Source: Bacillota bacterium (GTDB lineage: Bacteria; Bacillota; Limnochordia; Darwinibacteriales; Darwinibacteriaceae). Taken from it: 60,862 bases of DNA. The DNA lies in NCBI GenBank assembly GCA_012521335.1, contig JAAYMM010000017.1, positions 1-60,862 of the forward strand, read 5' to 3'. A program made the position numbers and the translations under genes. Below are positions 1 to 9,632 of the stretch, in pieces. Every line of letters starts with the position of its first letter. Within the stretch, counting starts at the first letter, position 1. The notes beneath the pieces are model-generated. The model saw only the letters and a list, made by a program, of their open reading frames with translations, made no database searches and was not told the DNA's origin.

Positions 1-634
1 ACGAAGGTGGTCATGGCCGGCATGAACACCATGGTGATCCCTGAGATCACCCCAGGCAGGCTGAGGGGCAGAATCACTTTGATGAACACCTGGAAGGGAT
101 TGGCCCCCAAGTCTCCCGCTGCCTCCACGACTCCCTTGTCTATTTTGCTCAGAACCGAGTAAATCGGCAGCACCATAAAGGGCAGGAAGTTGTAGACCAT
201 GCCGAGAACCACGGCGGTGTTGCTGTACAGGATGTTCACCCGCGGCAGGTTAAAAAACGAAAGCACCGCATTGATAAAGCCGTTGCGTTCCAAGATGGTG
301 AGCCAGGCATAGGTTCTCAGCAGGAAGTTCATCCACATGGGTACCACAAAGAGCAGCATGATCACGTGTTTGCGCTTAAAGGCATTACCTGCCATAACCA
401 TGGCTGCTGGATAGCCCAGAAGCAGGCAGATAGCTGTACTGATCACTGCCAGGTACAGAGAGCGGAGGAAAACCCGCAGGTAAATGGGCTCAAAAAACCT
501 GGCGAAATTCTCCAACGACCAGGTGGCGCCGCCCTCGGTGGGGACAGTGAAAGCGTAGTACAGCACCAGCACCATGGGCACAACTGTGAACAGCACCATC
601 CAGACCAGATAAGGTATGAGCGTTGCCCGTTTCA

Positions 635-635
<1 letters not shown>
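1..635 (-). CDS. potB: Spermidine/putrescine ABC permease, partial (3' end beyond window)
   Basis: Not in the ORF track. Manual translation from GTG at 635 gives VKRATLIPYLVWMVLF...WMNFLLRTYAW...VVEAAGDLGANP (EAA loop). The start overlaps the potA stop (TAGTG). Confidence 0.92.
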
Positions 636-1684
<1,049 letters not shown>

Positions 1685-1703
1685 AGTTCCCCCTTTCTAC
1701 TCT

Positions 1704-2243
1704 CTAGAAGCTAGGTGGTGAAGCAACCCAGAGTACAACCGCAGGCCTCTTGCCCGCGTTAGAGATATAATGGCCGGCTTGCGCCGGGAAATAAAATGAC
1801 TCGCCTGTCCGCACTTTGACTACCGCCGAGCCAAAATGAAGCTGGATCTGCCCTTTGATCACATAACCAAACTCTTCCCCATCATGGGGATCATCGTAAG
1901 GCGTTTGGCCCCCGGGCTCCAGATGAACCACGATGGGCTCCATGACGTTTTTCTGGGCGTTGGGCACCAGCCAGCTGATCTCGCTTTTCAATTCGGGATC
2001 GCTTTTGACCGCCACATCGTTTTTGGTAAAGACCAGTTTCTCGGGCACGTCCTGGTTGAAAAAGTCCTGCAGGTTCGTTCCCAACGACTCTAGAATATCG
2101 ATGAGGGTTGCGATGGAGGGCGAGGTGAGTTCACGTTCCACTTGAGAAATAAAGCCTTTGGACAGTTCGCAGCGGTCTGCAAGTTCTTCCTGGGTTAGGT
2201 TGTGCTGAATGCGCAGACGCTTAATTTTCTCGCCGATCTTCAT
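1704..2243 (-). CDS. XRE-family HTH + cupin transcriptional regulator (PuuR-like)
   Basis: N-terminal HTH (LTQEELADRCELSKGFISQVER), C-terminal cupin (HDGEEFGYV...H); first gene of the pot operon. Confidence 0.9.
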   Translation of the reverse strand: MKIGEKIKRLRIQHNLTQEELADRCELSKGFISQVERELTSPSIATLIDILESLGTNLQDFFNQDVPEKLVFTKNDVAVKSDPELKSEISWLVPNAQKNVMEPIVVHLEPGGQTPYDDPHDGEEFGYVIKGQIQLHFGSAVVKVRTGESFYFPAQAGHYISNAGKRPAVVLWVASPPSF

Positions 2244-2272
2244 CCTTTCCCTCCTTTCCCGAGTTTCGTGAT

Positions 2273-2301
2273 ACTAAACTTGGGGTTTAGGAACACTAAA
2301 C
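2273..2301. promoter_or_regulatory. Candidate operator: three CTAAAC boxes phased 11 bp apart
   Basis: CTAAAC 2274-2279, GTTTAG 2285-2290, CTAAAC 2296-2301, just downstream of the -10. Confidence 0.5.
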
Positions 2302-2307
2302 AAGTGT

Positions 2308-2336
2308 ATTGTACCGACAGGGGGGGTGCCTGTCAA
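2308..2336 (-). promoter_or_regulatory. sigmaA promoter of the regulator-pot operon
   Basis: On the minus strand TTGACA (2336-2331), 17-nt spacer, TACAAT (2313-2308). Confidence 0.8.
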
Positions 2337-2431
2337 TACCCTGCAAACAAGAATTTTGCTGGGAAAATGAAATAATTGCCCACCTCCGGAAATAGGCATG
2401 TAGAGGGCGATTGCCGAGGGGAGGAAAGGCA

Positions 2432-3151
2432 ATGTGGCACTTGGCGAGAGTGGTGTACTTGGGCAGCATGGCGGGAATGCTGGGCACAGGGGCAGGTGGA
2501 CTCCTCCTTGCCCTGGGCCGCAGGCCAAAGGGCGCGGAGCTCAGTTTTCATCTGGCCCTATCCAGCGGGGTGATGCTGGCTGTAGTCTTTCAAGACCTGC
2601 TGCCTGAAGCGTTGGCCCTGAAGGGCTGGGAAGCCACCTTCCTCGGGCTGATGCTGGGTATAGGCGCGCTGCTTGTGCTCAAACCCATCTTCTCCCATGA
2701 GGGAGCCAAGGGCTTGATTCAAACCGGGCTCTTTCTAGGCCTGGGAATCGCCGCCCACAACTTCCCCGAGGGCCTGGCCATCGGCGCCGGTTACCTGGCT
2801 TCCGAAGAGCTGGGCTTAGGCCTGGCCTTGGCCCTCTGCCTGCACAACATTCCGGAAGGCATGGCCATGGCCGCGCCCCTCTTGGCCGGCGGTGCCGGGA
2901 AGAACTCCACCGTGCTCCTAACCCTGGCTGCGGGGCTGCCCATGGGGTTAGGCGCTCTAGCTGGCGGCCTTTTCGGCCAGCTGAGCCCCACAGCTTTAGC
3001 CGGCACCTTGGGTTTTGCCTCAGGCGCCATGCTCTTTTTGGTTTTCCATGAACTCCTGCCTGAAGCCAACCGCCTGGATTACCCCCTGATCACCACTCTG
3101 GGCGCTATTGCCGGCATCTGCCTGGGCCTGCTGCTTTTGGTTGTCTTCTAA
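2432..3151 (+). CDS. ZIP (ZupT/GufA) family divalent metal transporter
   Basis: Twin metal motifs AAHNFPEG and CLHNIPEG, multiple TM segments; ATG 2432 follows a GAGGAAAGG SD. Confidence 0.9.
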   Translation: MWHLARVVYLGSMAGMLGTGAGGLLLALGRRPKGAELSFHLALSSGVMLAVVFQDLLPEALALKGWEATFLGLMLGIGALLVLKPIFSHEGAKGLIQTGLFLGLGIAAHNFPEGLAIGAGYLASEELGLGLALALCLHNIPEGMAMAAPLLAGGAGKNSTVLLTLAAGLPMGLGALAGGLFGQLSPTALAGTLGFASGAMLFLVFHELLPEANRLDYPLITTLGAIAGICLGLLLLVVF

Positions 3152-3176
3152 AGAACGGAGCTTCTTAAACCGATAA
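3149..3176 (+). promoter_or_regulatory. Candidate sigma28/sigmaD promoter for flagellin
   Basis: TAAA (3149-3152), 16 nt, ACCGATAA (3169-3176); consensus is TAAA-N15-GCCGATAA/T. Confidence 0.6.
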
Positions 3177-3205
3177 TGAAGTGTGATGAGGAAGGGGGTG
3201 GCGCG

Positions 3206-4042
3206 GTGAATCATTTCTACATAGCCGGGCTGCGCGCGGTCAGCGCGTACCATGCGGCTGCCAAAGCCTACTCCACATCCCTGGAACGCATAGCCACCGG
3301 GAAGCGTATTAACCGCGCCGCAGACGACCCTGCCGGCCTGGCCATTTCCGAGCGCATGAAGGCCCAAATCCGCGGACTGCGCCAGGCTTCCCGCAACGCT
3401 CAGGATGCCATCTCCCTCTTGCATGTGGCTGATGGAGCTCTAGGTGAAATGCAGTCCATCCTCCACCGCCTGCGGGAGATTGCTGTATACTCGGCCACGG
3501 GCACTCTCACTGAATCGGAGCGGAGCGCCCTGCAGATGGAGTTCAACGAACTGGTTGAGGCCCTCAATGATATGGCTCGCAATACGAACTTTAACACCAT
3601 CCCCCTCCTGGACGGCAGCCACGATGAACAGAACCCGCTGCTGATCCACATCGGCGCCAATGCGGGGCAGAACATGGACATCGCCTTGGGAGACATGAGT
3701 GCAGAAGCCCTGGGGCTAGTGCGCGATGGCCAGATCGTATCGGTGTCCACTCAAGAAGATGCCGACGCAGCCATTGGCCTTGTGGACGACGCTTTGGCCA
3801 AGGTTTCGTCCCAGAGGTCGTACGTTGGAGCCAAAGTGAGGCGGCTGGAACACACCGTGAGCAACCTGGAAAATATGGCCCTCAACCTCACCGAGGCTGA
3901 GTCACGCATCAGCGACGCCGACATCGCTTTGGAAGTCTTGAACATGGTCTCGGCGCAGATCCGCATGCAGGCGGCCCTGGCCATGATCGCCCAGGCCAAT
4001 GCCGCGCAGCAGATGATCCTGCAGCTGCTCTGGCCCGCATAG
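3206..4042 (+). CDS. Flagellin-family protein (short, divergent termini)
   Basis: SLERIATGKRINRAADDPAGLAISERMKAQIRGL, NTNFNTIPLLDG, C-terminal SRISDADIA...AQAN; GTG start at 3206 after a GGGGG SD. Confidence 0.92.
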   Translation: MNHFYIAGLRAVSAYHAAAKAYSTSLERIATGKRINRAADDPAGLAISERMKAQIRGLRQASRNAQDAISLLHVADGALGEMQSILHRLREIAVYSATGTLTESERSALQMEFNELVEALNDMARNTNFNTIPLLDGSHDEQNPLLIHIGANAGQNMDIALGDMSAEALGLVRDGQIVSVSTQEDADAAIGLVDDALAKVSSQRSYVGAKVRRLEHTVSNLENMALNLTEAESRISDADIALEVLNMVSAQIRMQAALAMIAQANAAQQMILQLLWPA

Positions 4043-4063
4043 TAAATGAAGAAGAAGATGAAG

Positions 4064-4090
4064 AAAAGGCTGCCCCCAGCAGCCTTTTTT
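4064..4090 (+). terminator. Intrinsic terminator after flagellin
   Basis: AAAAGGCTGC-CCCCA-GCAGCCTTTTTT. Confidence 0.85.
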
Positions 4091-4139
4091 GCATGTATGA
4101 GGCTTAAGCCCTGTTTCTTAACACCCACTCCCAATAGCA

Positions 4140-4241
4140 TCAAAGCAAGCACAGCCACTGCCGCCAGTTAAGGTCAGGCGGGTCTTTTTTCTTGATGTGA
4201 ACCAGCACAACATCGACACCGGGGCGGGGATGAAAATCCTC
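4140..4241 (-). pseudogene. Possible fragment of an Erm/KsgA-like rRNA adenine methyltransferase
   Basis: Minus-strand frame EDFHPRPGVDVVLVHIKKKDPPD resembles the FHPxPxVDxxL segment of Erm-family enzymes; no start codon or rest of the gene. Confidence 0.4.
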
Positions 4242-4318
4242 CCAGGAAGTATTCAGCCCACCTCGAAAGGAAGCATGTTCCCCTGAAGCGAATACTACAG
4301 CAGCTTTAGCGAAAGGTA

Positions 4319-5767
4319 GTGACAGACGTGATCAAATTCGGAACTGGCGGCTGGCGTGCAGTAATCGGCGACGAGTTCACTTTCAGCAACGTGCGCCGTG
4401 TGGCCCAAGCGGCTGCCTTATACCTCAAAGAAATCAAGCAGGACCATAAGCCCGTGGTAGTGGGCCACGACCTGCGCTTCTTGTCGGGCCGGTTCTCCCG
4501 GGCTATCGCCGAAATTCTAGTGCACAACGATATTCCCGTCTGGTTCATTGAGCAGGTGGTGCCCACCCCCATGCTCATGTTTGCCGTAGAGCAGGAGCAG
4601 CTGGCCATGGGCCTCATGGTCACGGCCTCCCATAACCCCTCGGAATACAATGGGATCAAAGTGATTGTGGAAGGGGGCAAGGATGCTCCAATCCAGGTTA
4701 CGAACCGCCTAGAAGAGCTCTGCCGCTTGATTCCTCCCCTGCAGGCGCCGCCCCTGACCTTTTTCGATGCCCTAGAGCAGGGGAAAATCGTGCTCTATTC
4801 CAACAAGAACGCCTACATCGACTCCCTGCTGCAGCAGATCGATGCGCCCGCGGTGCAGGAACTCAACCTGAACGTGCTGTTCAACCCCATGTTCGGTGTG
4901 GCTAAGGATATCATGGCCATGTGCCTCGCTTCGCTGCGCTGTTCGGTGGATCTGATCAACGCCCAGAGGGACACCATGTTCGGGCAGAAGGCACCCTCCC
5001 CCTCCCGCGAGGCGCTGCAGGACATGGAATATCTTATGAAACAGGGCAAATACCATATTGGAATCGCCACCGATGGAGATTCAGACCGCATCGGCCTATA
5101 CGATGAAAAGGGCAACTACATCACAGCCAACGACATCCTCAAGCTCCTCTACTACTACCTGAAGCAGTACCGGGGCGAACGAGGCGGGTTGGTGCGCAAC
5201 ATTACCACAACCCACATTTTGGACCGCATCGCCCACTCCTTTGGGGAACCGGCCTATGAAGTGCCCGTGGGCTTCAAGCACATCTCCCAGAAGATGGATG
5301 AGGAGAATCTGCTCCTGGGCGGGGAAAGCAGCGGCGGCCTGAAGATCAGGGGCCATGTGAACGGCAAAGATGGCATTTTGGCCGCGCTTTTGGCCGTGGA
5401 AATGTTGGCCAAAACAAGAAAGAGCCTCAGCCAGCTCTTGGAGGAAATTAACGCGCGCTACGGCACACTGTACTTCGGCGAGATCAACCTGCGCTACCGC
5501 GCCGAGGACCGCAGCCGCCTGGAGAAAATCCTCCTGCAGGATCGCTATGTTCCTGCCTTCCCCTGGAAGATTGAAAAGGCATCTTACATCGACGGCGTCA
5601 AGTTTTACTTCCCCGAGGACAACTGGTTTTCCATCCGCTTCTCCGGTACGGAACCGGTTCTGCGCTTAGCCTGGGAAACCGCCGCGCCGGAGCAGGCCGA
5701 GGAACTAAAGCGGGTGATCATGGAGGACAGCACCCTCCAGCTGCCCTTCCACAGAGGGGATCTGTAG
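4319..5767 (+). CDS. Phosphoglucomutase/phosphomannomutase family protein
   Basis: KFGTGGWR, phosphoserine loop TASHNP, metal loop DGDSDR, sugar-binding GGESSGG. Confidence 0.93.
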   Translation: MTDVIKFGTGGWRAVIGDEFTFSNVRRVAQAAALYLKEIKQDHKPVVVGHDLRFLSGRFSRAIAEILVHNDIPVWFIEQVVPTPMLMFAVEQEQLAMGLMVTASHNPSEYNGIKVIVEGGKDAPIQVTNRLEELCRLIPPLQAPPLTFFDALEQGKIVLYSNKNAYIDSLLQQIDAPAVQELNLNVLFNPMFGVAKDIMAMCLASLRCSVDLINAQRDTMFGQKAPSPSREALQDMEYLMKQGKYHIGIATDGDSDRIGLYDEKGNYITANDILKLLYYYLKQYRGERGGLVRNITTTHILDRIAHSFGEPAYEVPVGFKHISQKMDEENLLLGGESSGGLKIRGHVNGKDGILAALLAVEMLAKTRKSLSQLLEEINARYGTLYFGEINLRYRAEDRSRLEKILLQDRYVPAFPWKIEKASYIDGVKFYFPEDNWFSIRFSGTEPVLRLAWETAAPEQAEELKRVIMEDSTLQLPFHRGDL

Positions 5768-6466
5768 ATGCGCGGCGTTATTCTAGCTGCGGGAAAAGGA
5801 ACCAGGCTGGGGGCCCTGGGGGCGGTTATGCCCAAAGCTCTGCTCCCTGTGGGCAAGATTCCGTGCCTGGAGCATATAATTCTAGGGATGAAAGAGGCAG
5901 GCGTACAGCGCTTTGCTGTGGTCATCGGCCACCTGGGGGAGATGATCCAAAGCCGCTACGGCGATGGAAGCTCCCTGGGGGTGGAAATAACCTATCTGCA
6001 GCAGGATTTGGCTAAATACGGGACGGGAGCCGCCGTGCTGCTGGCTGAAGAGTTCACCGGAGGAGAACCGTTCTTTGTCTCCTATGGGGATATCGCGCTC
6101 CATCCCGCGAACTACCCGGCCATGGCCGCGCTGTACAGGGAGCACCAGACCATGGTCAGCTCTGCCAATTGGGTGGCTGACCCAACCTTAGGCGCGGCCG
6201 TCTACCTGGACGAGCGGGGGTTTTTGGAGCGTCTGGTGGAAAAGCCCCCGCGGGGTACGTCCGCAACCAATTGGAATAATGCCGGAGTGTATATCCTCCT
6301 GCCCCAGGTCTTCGACTACCTAAAAAAACTCACCCCGTCGGCGCGGGGTGAGTACGAGCTTACTGCAGCAGTGGCCCAAATGGCCGCAGAGGGCGTGCCC
6401 ATCATGGTCCACCGGATCACCGGCTTTTGGCAGGACGTGGGCAACCCAGGAACCGAACAGATTTAG
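5768..6466 (+). CDS. Sugar-phosphate nucleotidyltransferase (NTP_transferase family)
   Basis: ILAAGKGTRL...PKALL, VSYGD, VEKP, RGEYELT, WQDVG; abuts the phosphomutase stop. Confidence 0.9.
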   Translation: MRGVILAAGKGTRLGALGAVMPKALLPVGKIPCLEHIILGMKEAGVQRFAVVIGHLGEMIQSRYGDGSSLGVEITYLQQDLAKYGTGAAVLLAEEFTGGEPFFVSYGDIALHPANYPAMAALYREHQTMVSSANWVADPTLGAAVYLDERGFLERLVEKPPRGTSATNWNNAGVYILLPQVFDYLKKLTPSARGEYELTAAVAQMAAEGVPIMVHRITGFWQDVGNPGTEQI

Positions 6467-6957
6467 CTCTGCTGGCGCGTTTTGCGCAGATACTTGAGGA
6501 CGGAGATGATGGTCTTGGCGTCGTTGATTTCGCCGCGATCGATCATGGCTTCCACTTCTTCCAAGGGTATCCAGCGCACGTCGATGTCCTCGCCCTCCTC
6601 CAGGCGCTGTTCACCCTTGGTGAGCCCACTTGCGCAGAAGAGATGCAGGACTTCGTTTGTGTAGCCTGGTGTGGGATAGATGTGCCCCAGCACCTCCCAG
6701 TTTTCCGCGCTGTAGCCGGTCTCCTCTTCCAGCTCCCTGCGGGCGCAGTCCAGAGGTGATTCACTGCGGTCGATGGTCCCCGCGGGAAGTTCCAGCATCT
6801 GGCGTCCGGCGGCGGGGCGGTACTGCTCCACCAAGAGCACCTTGCCGTCTTGGACGACCAGGACAGCTGCAGCACCCGGATGATCCACCATTTTAAACTG
6901 CCTTACTCTACTGCCAACCCATACATCTTTTGTTATGAACCTGAACAAAACTATCAC
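6463..6957 (-). CDS. NUDIX hydrolase, ADP-ribose pyrophosphatase-like
   Basis: Nudix box LELPAGTIDRSESPLDCARRELEEETG, HPGAAAVL, DAKTI; N-terminus short and exact start uncertain. Confidence 0.88.
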   Translation of the reverse strand: MIVLFRFITKDVWVGSRVRQFKMVDHPGAAAVLVVQDGKVLLVEQYRPAAGRQMLELPAGTIDRSESPLDCARRELEEETGYSAENWEVLGHIYPTPGYTNEVLHLFCASGLTKGEQRLEEGEDIDVRWIPLEEVEAMIDRGEINDAKTIISVLKYLRKTRQQS

Positions 6958-7091
6958 CTCACGTCTCTAATTCTGGCAAAACGGGTAGACTCCTGTTGCC
7001 CGCCGGCAGAGTGCCGCCTTTCTTTTCCACTTACAGTAATCTGGGAGGACAAGGTGGTTATACTATTCCCAATCACATGTGTTGGAAGGGA

Positions 7092-7562
7092 ATGGTGCTG
7101 GTGACTACCCAACTGCTGGTCTATCCCGTGTTAATCCTGCTGGTGGGCGCGTTGGTACTGCTTACCGTACCCCGGGAGCACCTGCGTACTCTCCTGCCCT
7201 ACGGAGCAGTGCTGGGTGGGTTGTTTGACTACCTGGAGAGCTTGGTCACAGGGACGCTTAAGCTCACCGCGTTCAAGAACCTGGGTATTCTCCAAGCCGG
7301 AGGCCATCCCCTCCTGGGCCACCTGGCCTGGGTGCCGATTATCGTCCTCTTCCTTTATTATTGGCCCCGGGGCAAGATGAGCTTAGGCTATCTCTACACG
7401 GCAGCCTGGGCCCTCTTGGCCACAGGGTTCAGCCAAGTGGTCAGGCAGGCTGGCATCTTTGAGTACGTATCCTGGTACTACCCGATACCCATGTTTCTCC
7501 TCTTTCTGGCCCGTTTTGCCTTAGCAGCCTGGGTGGCTCACCGCCAGGGCATTCTCGGCTAA
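7092..7562 (+). CDS. Hypothetical integral membrane protein
   Basis: Several hydrophobic helices; ATG 7092 after a GGAAGGG SD. Confidence 0.7.
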   Translation: MVLVTTQLLVYPVLILLVGALVLLTVPREHLRTLLPYGAVLGGLFDYLESLVTGTLKLTAFKNLGILQAGGHPLLGHLAWVPIIVLFLYYWPRGKMSLGYLYTAAWALLATGFSQVVRQAGIFEYVSWYYPIPMFLLFLARFALAAWVAHRQGILG

Positions 7563-7660
7563 GCCCCAGCAGTACAATTTGTTCCCTCCCGGAAGGAACC
7601 CCCTCTCACTTTGGAGAAGTGAGCACATGAAGCTAGTTACTTCCTCACGGGGTGGGACAC

Positions 7661-9598
7661 ATGAAAAGACGAAGCGCACCAGTGGTTCTTCTAGCACTAA
7701 TGCTCGTAGCCTCTACCGCTTTTGCCCAGAGCGGCAGCCTGCAGGACATCACTGCTCTAGAGGCTTTCTTAGACGGCGTGTTCGCCATCCAGCTGGCCCA
7801 AAACAACGTGCCCGGCGCCGAGGTTGTGGTGGTGGCCAACGGCGAGATTCTCCTTTCCAAAGGCTATGGGTTTGCCGATCTGGAGAAAGAAATGCCCATG
7901 ATTCCAGGAACCACGCTGCACCGCCCCGGTTCGGTTTCTAAGATCCTGGTGTGGCTGGCTGTGCTGCAGCTCGCGGAACAGGGCCAGTTAGACCTCTATG
8001 TCGATGTGAACACCTACCTGGATTTCACCCTTCCCACGCACACCACTGCCAGCAGAGACGTTCCCCCTATTACGCTTCACCATCTCCTTACCCATACAGC
8101 CGGCTTTGAAGATGAGGTGGCCGGGATGATTGTCTCCCAGCCTGAACTGCTCAAGCCCTTGGGGCAATATGTGAAGGAACATCTTCCTGAACGCGTGTTT
8201 ACACCCGGTTCGGTCATGGCCTACTCCAATTTCGGAACGGCGCTGGCTGCCTACATCGTGGAGCTGGTGAGCGGCCAGCCCTTTGCCGTCTACGTGCAGG
8301 AACACATCCTCGATCCGTTAGGCCTGACTTCCACCACCTATGCTCAGCAGCTCCCCAGCCCTTTGGCTCAAAGAGTGAGCCCGGGCTACCGCTACGCAGA
8401 GGGGCGCTTTATTCCAGGGGAGTTTGAACTTGTGCAGAACTACCCCGCGGGGGGCTTGACCACTAGCAGCCTTGACATGGCGCGGCTGATGCTGGCCCTG
8501 CTCAACCTAGGAGAACTACCGGCCGCATCGACCGATGAAGACGGCGAAGATGAGGCCCAAGAGGCGTCAGATGCCCCGCAGGGCCGCCTGTTGACTGAGG
8601 ACACCGCGAGGATCATGCAGAGCCGACAGTTTACGGCGCATCCTCAGCTTCCCGGGATGACCTATGGGCTGCTGGAGTGGGAATATAATGGCTATAGGAT
8701 TCTAGGCCATGTTGGTGACACTTTCCTGTTCAGCACCGGCTTTTACTTCCTGCCGGAGCAGAATGCAGGGCTGTACGTGGTGTACAACTCGCCTGTGGGC
8801 AGCGAGCTGCGCAGCGCTCTGCTGGAGGGATTTATGGATCGCTATTTCCCCAGCCAGAGCCCGCGGCTGGAGCCGAGGCCCATAACAGCAGGCACAGAAG
8901 CTAATTATCGGGGATATTATTATAACTCCCGGTCTAATTTTACGGGGATCGAATCTGTCCTGCGCCTGCTGCAGGCTCTCAAAGTAGATGTGGATTCCGA
9001 CGGTTTCCTCCTGCTGCAGGCCGGTGGCGAAATCCTGCGCTTTGGAGAAATCGCCCCGGGAGTGTTCCAAGAGCTGAACGGAGGCGCCAAGATCGCCTTT
9101 GCTTTCCAAGACGGCAAAGCTGAACGCATCCTGGTGCCTGGCCCCACTGCCTGGCTGCGCCTCCCCTGGTTCCAGACTCCTCCGTTCCTGTTAGGCGTAG
9201 TGGGCGGCGCTGTGCTGTTTATGCTGCTCACCTTGATCGCTTGGATCAAAGGCCTGTTTAGAAACCGGCCCAGGCAGAAACCGCCGGTTTTGCCCAAAGT
9301 CTTGGCTGTGCTGTTCATCGTCCTGCTGTTTACGGCTGCGGTTGTGGGAGGAGAGCTCATCGCCGCGATCCATCCTGCCTACAATGTACCTCTGGTAGTC
9401 TTAGAACCATCGTCGACCCTTAATGTCCTGCTGCTTCTCTCGAAAACTCTGATGGGACTGGGCATCCTGATTCTGATCACAGCCATCTATCTTGTGGCGG
9501 CCAGAAGGGGAACCCTCTGGCAGAGAGTCCACTACGCGCTGTTTACCCTGAGCGTGCTGGGTGTGAATGCGGTGTTGTGGCAGCTTAACCTCTGGTGA
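7661..9598 (+). CDS. Serine hydrolase (beta-lactamase class C-like) with signal peptide and C-terminal TM helices
   Basis: SxxK motif GSVSK, LLTHTAG, YSN, GHVGDT; about 3-4 C-terminal TM helices. Confidence 0.9.
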   Translation: MKRRSAPVVLLALMLVASTAFAQSGSLQDITALEAFLDGVFAIQLAQNNVPGAEVVVVANGEILLSKGYGFADLEKEMPMIPGTTLHRPGSVSKILVWLAVLQLAEQGQLDLYVDVNTYLDFTLPTHTTASRDVPPITLHHLLTHTAGFEDEVAGMIVSQPELLKPLGQYVKEHLPERVFTPGSVMAYSNFGTALAAYIVELVSGQPFAVYVQEHILDPLGLTSTTYAQQLPSPLAQRVSPGYRYAEGRFIPGEFELVQNYPAGGLTTSSLDMARLMLALLNLGELPAASTDEDGEDEAQEASDAPQGRLLTEDTARIMQSRQFTAHPQLPGMTYGLLEWEYNGYRILGHVGDTFLFSTGFYFLPEQNAGLYVVYNSPVGSELRSALLEGFMDRYFPSQSPRLEPRPITAGTEANYRGYYYNSRSNFTGIESVLRLLQALKVDVDSDGFLLLQAGGEILRFGEIAPGVFQELNGGAKIAFAFQDGKAERILVPGPTAWLRLPWFQTPPFLLGVVGGAVLFMLLTLIAWIKGLFRNRPRQKPPVLPKVLAVLFIVLLFTAAVVGGELIAAIHPAYNVPLVVLEPSSTLNVLLLLSKTLMGLGILILITAIYLVAARRGTLWQRVHYALFTLSVLGVNAVLWQLNLW

Positions 9599-9632
9599 CG
9601 GGAGGTTAAAATCTGACGGATAGGAGAGCGCC

